Below, in pieces: positions 1 through 8,476 of a stretch of 32,000 nt of DNA; within the stretch, counting starts at the first letter, position 1, and every line of letters begins with the position of its first letter. Made by a program: the position numbers and the translations under genes. Source of the stretch: Planctopirus limnophila DSM 3776 (GTDB lineage Bacteria; Planctomycetota; Planctomycetia; Planctomycetales; Planctomycetaceae). The notes under the pieces were generated by a model. It ran no database searches and was not told the origin of the DNA. It was given only the letters and a program-made list of their open reading frames with translations. The stretch spans positions 1,740,001 to 1,772,000 of the forward strand of contig NC_014148.1 of NCBI RefSeq assembly GCF_000092105.1, written 5' to 3'.

Positions 1-1345
<1,345 letters not shown>

Positions 1346-1400
1346 GATGCAGTTTCTTCAATGGGGCTCAATCTGATGCGCAATTAAGAGTAAACGACCA

Positions 1401-1440
1401 GTTTTCTCAGGGAAAGAGCGTTCTCGTCCCGAGAGAAAAC
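1401..1440. repeat. Imperfect inverted repeat in a divergent promoter region
   Basis: GTTTTCTC (1401-1408) pairs with GAGAAAAC (1433-1440). An inner GGGA/TCCC pair adds to it. It lies between the oxidoreductase start (1345, minus strand) and arfB (1716, plus strand). Confidence 0.4.
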
Positions 1441-1715
1441 ATCATACTGAAAATCAGCTGCATGGGGCGTCACTGATCTTCAGAGTCGTTCGGTAGTGTA
1501 AGATCAAGATGCTTAGGAACTTGAAAGGAGTTGCATGAAGGTGAGAATCATTCTCGATCGAAGCGAACCTGCGTTCGTTGAGATTGTCCAAGGCGGCACT
1601 GTTGATGTGAATCGCGATCGTCGATGTGTAGAAAACGGGCGATCACCTCAAGTGAAGAGTCGATGACAGTTGAGATCGTCGACTTGTTTTTAGAATTTGC
1701 TGCAGAAAAGAGATT

Positions 1716-2174
1716 GTGATGGATCACCCATTATCGAGGGAGCAGGAGGCAGGCGATGTGTTACGCGTGACCAATCGCTTGCTCATTCCACGTTCTGAGT
1801 TCCGCTGGACTTATAGCCGCAGTTCGGGCCCGGGCGGGCAGAATGTCAATAAGGTGAATTCCAAAGCAACGATGCACTGGCCGGCGATGATATCCAAGTC
1901 GCTCCCTGTGGAGCTTCGAGTGAGGCTGCGTCACGAGTTTGGGAATCGCTTGAATAATGAAGGCGAACTTGTCATTGCCAGCGATGAGCACCGAGATCAG
2001 AAGCAGAACATCCTGGCGTGTGAGCAGCGGTTAGTGCAGATTCTCAGAACAATCTCGATTCCACCGAAGGTTCGCCGCCCAACAAAGCCTTCGAAGGCCT
2101 CCAATGCCCGCCGATTGCAGGAAAAAAAGCACCGCGCCAACATCCGCAACAGCCGGCGGATCGATCCGACTTAG
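1716..2174 (+). CDS. arfB: Peptidyl-tRNA hydrolase ArfB (alternative ribosome-rescue factor B, class-I release-factor domain)
   Basis: This 152-aa ORF carries the GGQ motif in the context SSGPGGQNVNKVNSKA. It ends in a basic tail (KVRRPTKPSKASNARRLQEKKHRANIRNSRR) like E. coli YaeJ/ArfB. The start is GTG at 1716 followed directly by ATG at 1719. Confidence 0.85.
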   Translation: MMDHPLSREQEAGDVLRVTNRLLIPRSEFRWTYSRSSGPGGQNVNKVNSKATMHWPAMISKSLPVELRVRLRHEFGNRLNNEGELVIASDEHRDQKQNILACEQRLVQILRTISIPPKVRRPTKPSKASNARRLQEKKHRANIRNSRRIDPT

Positions 2175-2262
2175 CAGTGGCTGAACTCTTGTCGAATCAT
2201 CATTTCTCATGCGGTGTCACCGCAACTTAATGCCATCAACAGATGAGCATGAAGGTGCTGGC

Positions 2263-3621
2263 TTACTGTGGGTTGCCACTGCTGAAAGTTCGCTGGAGTT
2301 CTTCCAGGGAGGTTTTGCCTTCAACCACCAGACGCAGACCATCTTTCTGGAGGGTCTGCATTCCCTCCTTCCGCATCTGAGCTTTAATGGCGTCGGCAGT
2401 GGGGGACTGCTTGATGACCTCCTTCATCTCCTCAGTCCCTTCGAGCATTTCGAGCATGGCGACTCGGCCGTAATAGCCAATACCGCCACATTTGCCGCAA
2501 GGCTCGCCTTCCTGCCCAGTCTTTTCATCGACAGGAGCTTCCCCCTTTTTGTAAAGCACTTTGGTTTCGGGAGGGAGGCCGACTTTTGCCAGAAGCTTAG
2601 GGTTAGGGCGGAAAGCTTCTTTGCATTCTTCGCACAATTGCCGGATGAGTTTTGAGCTGATAACAAGTTGAACAGCATCGGCCACTTTGGCGGGATCACC
2701 GACCCAGGCGCAAAGCTGTGCCACGGCAGAAGCAGCATCTTTGGCAGGCATTTCTGCCATCAGAGTCAAAGTATCGCAGTTATCCACCAAGGTCTTCGCG
2801 TATTCGGCATCTTTAATCGGATCGACGAAGAGAACATCAGCCTCGGCCCGCTGGACACGAGCGATCGTTTGCACGATCGAATCCCCTTCCTGGCTTTCGA
2901 ACTTCGTGCAATTGATGATTTCGCGTGAGCCCAGATTGGCAACGGACATGCATGAGTACATGTACATGTCGATGCCGCGAATGGCGGCAAAGGTTGTGGT
3001 TGTGACACCACTCCCGGGAGGGCCGGCAATAATCACGAGACCTTTTCGATTGGGTGTTTTTTCGCGAATCTTCTGACGGACAATGCCTGGAAAGCCCAGT
3101 TCGTCGAGCGTATTGAGCTTGGCTTTCAAGTCGCGAAATCGAAGAGTCAGCCTCTCGACACCTTCCGCCTGTGGAGTAGTTTCCACAGAAATTTCCCACG
3201 GATGGCCTTCGTAGTCGCTCTTGAGACCACCTTGCTGAGTCGTGGCTTTGTTTTTGGGATCTAGCCCAGCCAGCAGTTTCATAATCTGAGTTATGGCTAC
3301 TGCCTGTGGCCTGGGCATACGGGAGCCGGCATAAACGACTCCATCCACCGAAAGTGTCGATTGGGCCCGCTCACCTTTGATGTCAATCCGCACCATTTCC
3401 GCTCGACGCGAAAGCGCATCGGTCACGAATTCTTTGGCAGGAATCAAACCAATCTGGGCCAGCTTGGCGTTGGCCTGCAGATCGGCTGATTTTCCATTAA
3501 GGGCCCCCTGAAATGAGACCAGTTCAATTTCTTCGTCTTCGTCATGATCTTCACCCCCACCCTGGTCTGCGGGTTTTTTGCCGAACATGCCGAAAATCAT
3601 GGACGATCCTTTGCCAAACAC
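2263..3621 (-). CDS. GspE/PilB-family (type II/IV secretion ATPase-like) protein with degenerate nucleotide-binding motifs
   Basis: This 452-aa ORF is collinear with GspE/PilB C-terminal domains: GLVIIAGPPGSGVTTT (Walker A position), ADVLFVDPIKDAEYA (Walker B position), LTLMAEMPAKDAASAV (His-box position), ISSKLIRQLCEECKE...CGKCGGIGYYGRVAMLEML (tetracysteine plus GYxGR), and GMQTLQKDGLRLVVEGKTSLEEL. The start is ambiguous: GTG at 3621, or ATG at 3600 or 3588. Confidence 0.85.
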   Translation of the reverse strand: MFGKGSSMIFGMFGKKPADQGGGEDHDEDEEIELVSFQGALNGKSADLQANAKLAQIGLIPAKEFVTDALSRRAEMVRIDIKGERAQSTLSVDGVVYAGSRMPRPQAVAITQIMKLLAGLDPKNKATTQQGGLKSDYEGHPWEISVETTPQAEGVERLTLRFRDLKAKLNTLDELGFPGIVRQKIREKTPNRKGLVIIAGPPGSGVTTTTFAAIRGIDMYMYSCMSVANLGSREIINCTKFESQEGDSIVQTIARVQRAEADVLFVDPIKDAEYAKTLVDNCDTLTLMAEMPAKDAASAVAQLCAWVGDPAKVADAVQLVISSKLIRQLCEECKEAFRPNPKLLAKVGLPPETKVLYKKGEAPVDEKTGQEGEPCGKCGGIGYYGRVAMLEMLEGTEEMKEVIKQSPTADAIKAQMRKEGMQTLQKDGLRLVVEGKTSLEELQRTFSSGNPQ

Positions 3622-3770
3622 GCAATCAAACGCACGTATGTCAGAAGCTGGCAGCCAGAACGGGAGGCGAGCTGTTGCCAGCTCATTCTAAACGACAGGG
3701 GTAACCAATCACACGCTCATTTATCATCGAGAATTTCCATCACGCAGACTTCTTGAAGTCTTGGAGAGCT

Positions 3771-4661
3771 CTACGACAGCAAGCCGTAGGTCTTGAGAGT
3801 CTGGACGAGTTTGGCTTCTTCGGCTGGGCCGAGGGGTGTCATCGGCAGCCGGAGTTCACCCGTATCGCGCCCCAGCAACTTCATGGCAGCCTTAATGGGA
3901 ATGGGATTGGTCGCCAGCCCCAGCAGATCGCGGCACAACGTAAAGAGCTTGAAGTGCATCGCCTGGGCTTCAGCAATCTTGCCAGCCTTCCAGGCAGCCA
4001 CCAGTTTGAGCATGTCCTGAGGAACGATGTTCCCGACGACCGACACAATGCCGCTGCCCCCTATCGAGAGGAGAGGCAAAGTCAGGCTGTCATCTCCTGA
4101 AAGCACCGTCAGATTTGTTTCCGCGAGGAGTCGCGAAGCCTGATCCATCGACCCTGTCGCTTCTTTGATAGCCACAATCGAAGGGATCTCGGCCATGCGG
4201 GCAATCGTCTCTGGCTCCATATTCTTAGCGGTTCGGCCGGGAATATTGTACAGAATGATGGGAATATCGACGGCTGTGGCGACGGCTTCGAAATGACGGA
4301 AAAAGCCTTCACCGGTCGGCTTGTTGTAATAAGGGGCGACCATCATCGCTCCGTCGGCACCGACCGACTTGGCGAACTTTGTGAGCTGGATCGCTTCCTG
4401 TGTGCTGTTTGAACCAGTACCCGCCATGACGCGAATGCGTCCAGCCGCGTGTTCGCAGGTGAGAGCGATCACACGCTCGTGCTCTTCATGCGTCAAAGTG
4501 GGGCTTTCGCCAGTCGTACCTACCGGGCAAATGCAGTTGGTGCCTGCTTCGATCTGAAAATCAATAACCTTCTTCAGAGCCACCTCATCCAGACGATCAT
4601 TTCGAAACGGAGTCACGATCGCGACGGTCAAACCAGCAAACTGTTCGCCTTTGCGAGGCAT
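3771..4661 (-). CDS. dapA: 4-hydroxy-tetrahydrodipicolinate synthase
   Basis: The sequence [10 protein letters not shown]...[26 protein letters not shown]...YNKP...ILYNIPGRT...IVAIKEATG is a typical DapA pattern. The track ORF starts at TTG 4670. I prefer ATG at 4661, which is preceded by GAGGG about 9 nt upstream. Confidence 0.9.
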   Translation of the reverse strand: MPRKGEQFAGLTVAIVTPFRNDRLDEVALKKVIDFQIEAGTNCICPVGTTGESPTLTHEEHERVIALTCEHAAGRIRVMAGTGSNSTQEAIQLTKFAKSVGADGAMMVAPYYNKPTGEGFFRHFEAVATAVDIPIILYNIPGRTAKNMEPETIARMAEIPSIVAIKEATGSMDQASRLLAETNLTVLSGDDSLTLPLLSIGGSGIVSVVGNIVPQDMLKLVAAWKAGKIAEAQAMHFKLFTLCRDLLGLATNPIPIKAAMKLLGRDTGELRLPMTPLGPAEEAKLVQTLKTYGLLS

Positions 4662-4833
4662 TTTCAACAACCCTCAAGAAAGCCTGATACTCGCAGTCAA
4701 TGACATTCGAGGACGGGTATCAGTAGTAAGTGAAACCAAAAATCTCGATGTAACGATCGGGCCTGAAAGTGAAATTGTCCGAGAGAAACCCCGTAATGAC
4801 CAGTCCTATCCGGGATCATCAGGCCCTTTGTGT

Positions 4834-5769
4834 TTACGAATTGCTGGTACGGTTGCGCCAATCGATATTGGACATTTCTGCAAGTGCCAGCATCAATGCG
4901 TGAGTCCCATTGCGGCCAAAACCTTTGGCTTTCACTGAGAGATACAATTGTTCTGCGAGTGCCAGACCAGGTAAGGAAAGACCCATCCGGCGGGATTCGG
5001 CCAGTGCAATTCCCATGTCTTTGATGAAATGTTCTACGAAAAATCCCGGGTCGAAATTATTCGCAATCATGCGTGGGCCCAGATTCGAAAGCGACCAGCT
5101 TCCGGCTGCACCTGGCCCGACCGATTGCATCACTGTATTAAGATCCAGGCCGGCTCTATAACCATATAACAAGGCCTCGCAGACACCGATCATGCCTGTG
5201 CTGATCAGAATCTGATTGACCATTTTTGTATGTTGCCCAGCCCCGGGCCCCCCTTGATGCACAATTGTTTTCCCCATGACGGAAAACAATGGCTGCAAGG
5301 CGTTGACCACTTCTGCGTCTCCTCCCACCATGATGGAGAGGGCTGCATTCTTCGCACCGATATCTCCACCGGAAACAGGAGCATCGACAGCATGGACATG
5401 CTTCGCCTTGGCTGCCTGATAGATCTCAACGGCGAGAGAAGGTTCGCTGGTCGTCATATCGACGAGGACGGTGTTAGCCGCTGCCCCGGCGAGAGCACCT
5501 TTGGTCCCGAGTGTGACTTCCCGGACATCCGACGGAAAACCGACAATTGAAAAGACGACGTCGGAATTGGCGGCGACTTCCGCAGGTGTGGCTGCCCACT
5601 GAGCACCTCGCGAAATCAGATCAGCCGCTTTCTCCGGACTGCGGGTGTAAATTGTGGCGGTATAGCCGGCGTTCATCAGGTGACCGACCATGCTGCGGCC
5701 CATGACCCCAGTGCCGATCCAGCCGATACGTGTCTTTCCGGGAGCAAACTCAAGCACTGTAAACCTCAT
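4834..5769 (-). CDS. NAD(P)-dependent oxidoreductase, 3-hydroxyisobutyrate dehydrogenase / 2-hydroxy-3-oxopropionate reductase family
   Basis: This 311-aa ORF has an N-terminal Rossmann motif ([17 protein letters not shown]). It also has the family blocks DAPVSGG...A..G.LSIMVGG and KMVNQIL...EAL. Confidence 0.85.
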   Translation of the reverse strand: MRFTVLEFAPGKTRIGWIGTGVMGRSMVGHLMNAGYTATIYTRSPEKAADLISRGAQWAATPAEVAANSDVVFSIVGFPSDVREVTLGTKGALAGAAANTVLVDMTTSEPSLAVEIYQAAKAKHVHAVDAPVSGGDIGAKNAALSIMVGGDAEVVNALQPLFSVMGKTIVHQGGPGAGQHTKMVNQILISTGMIGVCEALLYGYRAGLDLNTVMQSVGPGAAGSWSLSNLGPRMIANNFDPGFFVEHFIKDMGIALAESRRMGLSLPGLALAEQLYLSVKAKGFGRNGTHALMLALAEMSNIDWRNRTSNS

Positions 5770-5979
5770 TCCTCAGTCGTGAATTTCTGGACGAGCATCA
5801 ACTGGCGATTTTTTAGTACATCATAATCTTTTGCAGTGTGGCAGTGTACCGTTCGTGAATCTCACCGTCATCAGTCCGCCCGGTGATATCCTGGTCAAAT
5901 GCATCATTCCCAGCGGTTCATCACTGGCTGTAGTCAAAAAAATTGCTGATGGAACCCCATGCAGTTCAGCCGAATTGGA

Positions 5980-6010
5980 GGCGAAAGTGGCGAAAGTACA
6001 ACTTTTCGCC
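5980..6010. repeat. Tandem 9-mer (GGCGAAAGT x2) followed by its near-complement
   Basis: GGCGAAAGT occurs at 5980-5988 and again at 5989-5997. ACTTTTCGCC at 6001-6010 can pair with either copy, giving about 9 bp with one bulged T. Confidence 0.5.
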
Positions 6011-6138
6011 AAGTTTCTTCAGTCAATTCCCGATGTCAAAAGTACGGGGGAGATTTCGTGGTCAGGATGACCGGCGAAATTTGCCGCTCGAATGTGGTCT
6101 GGAATCGGGCTGTTAGCTCGTGCGGAGATGGATGTCCG

Positions 6139-6525
6139 ATGGGAATGCTCAGTCCCGAACTTATGCTCGCCATTGAACAGGCGGCCCACGAAATGTTGAT
6201 GTGGGTAGGCTTTGGCACGCTGGTTGGGCTGTGTGGCAAAGCCATCATGCCCGGGAAAGATCCCGGCGGTGCTGTGGGGACTGTTTGTATCGGGATTTCC
6301 GGGAGTGTGATTGGTTGCGGATCTTTACTGTTGTGGGATTCGTCACTGCGAATCTCGCCTATCAGTGTTAGTGGATTTATAGCCGCTACTGCTGGAGCTT
6401 TTGCCCTCCTCTTGTTTTACCGGATTCTGTCGAACTCGTACTTCATTGTGGAAGCGGTCGATGGCGGAGATCTCAACAGTGGTGAGCGGGTGACTTACCG
6501 TCGCCGTCGCCGAACAGCCGCTTAG
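6139..6525 (+). CDS. GlsB/YeaQ/YmgE-family (transglycosylase-associated) small membrane protein
   Basis: The sequence is hydrophobic and Gly-rich (MLMWVGFGTLVGLCGKAIMPGKDPGGAVGTVCIGISGSVIGCG...FIAATAGAFALLLFYRIL), as in this family. The track ORF starts at 5959, but I prefer ATG 6139, which has GGAGA about 10 nt upstream. The part upstream of 6139 does not look like protein. Confidence 0.7.
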   Translation: MGMLSPELMLAIEQAAHEMLMWVGFGTLVGLCGKAIMPGKDPGGAVGTVCIGISGSVIGCGSLLLWDSSLRISPISVSGFIAATAGAFALLLFYRILSNSYFIVEAVDGGDLNSGERVTYRRRRRTAA

Positions 6526-6644
6526 ATTGAACTTCCCCCAACAAATACCCTCATGGGCGATTTGGTCACTGGGGTGCATCTTGGCAGACTTTCAAGTAGA
6601 TTTTCACGAAATACTGTGAAGAGATTATTTGAAAAGTATCCTGC

Positions 6645-8411
6645 GTGACTGAGTCCATGACCTCTTTTTCGTCGCATTTCTCAGCCAACGGTCAACCCGG
6701 GCCCCAGTGGCTGTCTGGCCAGGCCAACGACTCATTGCCAAGCTGCAGGCAGGGCGTGTTTCGAGTTCTCTATCAACTGAATTGTCCCAAGAACTCTGCA
6801 GAAGCTGTTGCCAGAGATATTGCACTCGAACAGACGGTCGAGGTGCCAGAGTCATTGATCACGGATGAAGTGATCTGGCAGAACTTCGCTGGCCAGGTGG
6901 TCTCTGTTCGATCAGTCTCTGAGCATGTTCAGGTGGCTTCGATTGAATACCACGCTCATCTGGCGAGTGGACACTTGGCGCAGTTGATGAACCTGCTGTT
7001 TGGAAATGTCAGTCTGAAACCCGGGGTTCGATTATTAGATGTCGAGTTTCCGGAATCTTTTCTCAGTGGATTGGCTGGGCCTAAACTTGGGATTGAAGGT
7101 CTCCGGTCAGCCTGCGGCGTTTGGGAGCGTCCTCTGCTGGCGACCGCCATCAAGCCTAAGGGGTCGTCGGTCGCGCAACTGGCACAGATCGCGGGAGAGT
7201 TTGCGGCTGGGGGCGGTGATCTCGTCAAGGATGATCACAATCTTGCAGAGAGCACGTTCGACGCCTTCCGAACTCGTGTCGAAGCCTGCCAGCAAGCCGT
7301 GCTTTCAAAGACTCCTCCAGGACAAAAATGCCTTTATTTTCCCAATCTTTCCGGGACGCTGCGTGATCTGGAACGGCAGGCAGCATTTTGTGTGGAATCC
7401 GGCATTCGGGGTGTCCTCGTGGCACCTATGATTGCCGGTCTCGAAACCATCCGCCATCTGTCGGAATCTTTTCCCTTGGCGATACTTGCCCATCCGACAA
7501 TGTCCGGTTCATTCCTGCAGGAAGGGCAGGGCCTATCGCATGCATTCTGGCTTTCGACCATGATGCGTCTGTGCGGTTGTGATGGAACTGTGTTCCCCAA
7601 TACGGGAGGAAGGTTTTCCTTCTCACAGGCAGATTGTCTGTCGATCGCAGACGCGGCACGAAAACCTCTCGGACGATTGAAGAGTTGTTTCCCGGCACCG
7701 GCGGGAGGCATGTCGTATGCATCGCTTCCAGGAATGGCTCGCGACTACGGCCCGGACACGATCTTTCTGGTCGGAGGCGGACTACTCGGTTACTCAGAAA
7801 ATCTCGCAGACAGCACGGCGGCATTTCGCTCCAGAATCGAAGAACTGTTCCTCACGAATCAAGCGTCTCAGAATTCCAATCCGGATCCTCGTGGCCAGTA
7901 TGTTTCTTCGTGTGAACTGCCAGCAGCGTATCCACCAGGAGCTCAAAATTCTGGCATCGCCGAGTATGCTCAGGGAAATGAAAAGTCAGGAATCTCGTCT
8001 TTAGATTCTGCCAATTCGATCGTGACTCAACTGCTCAAGTTTTTGCCTGGTTATCGATGGGAAAAACGCGAAGTTTCGGTTTACAAACCTAATGCTGGCT
8101 TGCCATTTGCGCATGTGGATCGACAGGAACTGATTGGGAAGTTTGGAGAGTCAACGGCATTTGATGTGCGATACTTCGAACTGGCGCCCGGTGGCTATTC
8201 GAGTCGTGAAAAGCATTTCCATACGCATGTCGTAATTCCCGTTCGCGGCCAGGGTCAATTGGAGTGCCAGGGACAGATTTTTCCTTTGCAGCACCTGGAT
8301 ATTGCTTACGTTCCGCCACTGGCTGTGCATCAATTGTCCAATCCAACCGATGAACCATTTGGTTTTCTGTGCATTGTTGATCATGATCGTGATGCGCCGA
8401 TGGCCCCTTAA
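6645..8411 (+). CDS. RuBisCO-like protein (form IV RuBisCO large-subunit homologue) fused to a C-terminal cupin domain
   Basis: This is a 588-aa ORF. Residues ~36-403 carry RuBisCO large-subunit landmarks: FGNVSLKPGVRLLDVEFP, GPKLGIEGLR, ERPLLATAIKPKGSS, GGGDLVKDDHNL, ILAHPTMSGSF, FPAPAGGMSY and FLVGGGLLGY. A ~55-aa low-complexity linker follows. Residues ~458-588 are a cupin with motif 1 (GGYSSREKHFHTHVVIPVRGQG) and motif 2 (DIAYVPPLAVHQLSN). The start is GTG 6645 or ATG 6657. Confidence 0.9.
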   Translation: MTESMTSFSSHFSANGQPGPQWLSGQANDSLPSCRQGVFRVLYQLNCPKNSAEAVARDIALEQTVEVPESLITDEVIWQNFAGQVVSVRSVSEHVQVASIEYHAHLASGHLAQLMNLLFGNVSLKPGVRLLDVEFPESFLSGLAGPKLGIEGLRSACGVWERPLLATAIKPKGSSVAQLAQIAGEFAAGGGDLVKDDHNLAESTFDAFRTRVEACQQAVLSKTPPGQKCLYFPNLSGTLRDLERQAAFCVESGIRGVLVAPMIAGLETIRHLSESFPLAILAHPTMSGSFLQEGQGLSHAFWLSTMMRLCGCDGTVFPNTGGRFSFSQADCLSIADAARKPLGRLKSCFPAPAGGMSYASLPGMARDYGPDTIFLVGGGLLGYSENLADSTAAFRSRIEELFLTNQASQNSNPDPRGQYVSSCELPAAYPPGAQNSGIAEYAQGNEKSGISSLDSANSIVTQLLKFLPGYRWEKREVSVYKPNAGLPFAHVDRQELIGKFGESTAFDVRYFELAPGGYSSREKHFHTHVVIPVRGQGQLECQGQIFPLQHLDIAYVPPLAVHQLSNPTDEPFGFLCIVDHDRDAPMAP

Positions 8412-8476
8412 TCGGGCTCGGTTAAGCGTATGGATTGAACGTCTTATTGCCTGTTGGAAAAGTACATCGAACCAGC

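Noticed and set aside
2175-2262. Possible terminator hairpin GCGGT-GTC-ACCGC (about 2209-2221) between convergent arfB and the pilB-like gene
   Set aside because: It is only a 5-bp stem with a 3-nt loop and no U-tract, which is too weak to call.
5821-6138. ORFs 5831..6070(+) and 5821..6012(-), and the 5' extension of the glsB-like ORF from 5959
   Set aside because: They have non-ATG or unsupported starts and no motifs. The recognisable membrane-protein sequence begins only at ATG 6139, which has an SD.
8435-8476. N-terminal extensions implied by track starts (priA 8435, ThuA 21544, UDG 28455, htrA 18166, mtnA 21483, dapA 4670, lipoprotein 17281)
   Set aside because: Most of the extended starts I checked are TTG or GTG codons. 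They add residues that do not look like protein or that overlap the upstream gene. Downstream ATGs fit the family N-termini, signal peptides or SD positions better.
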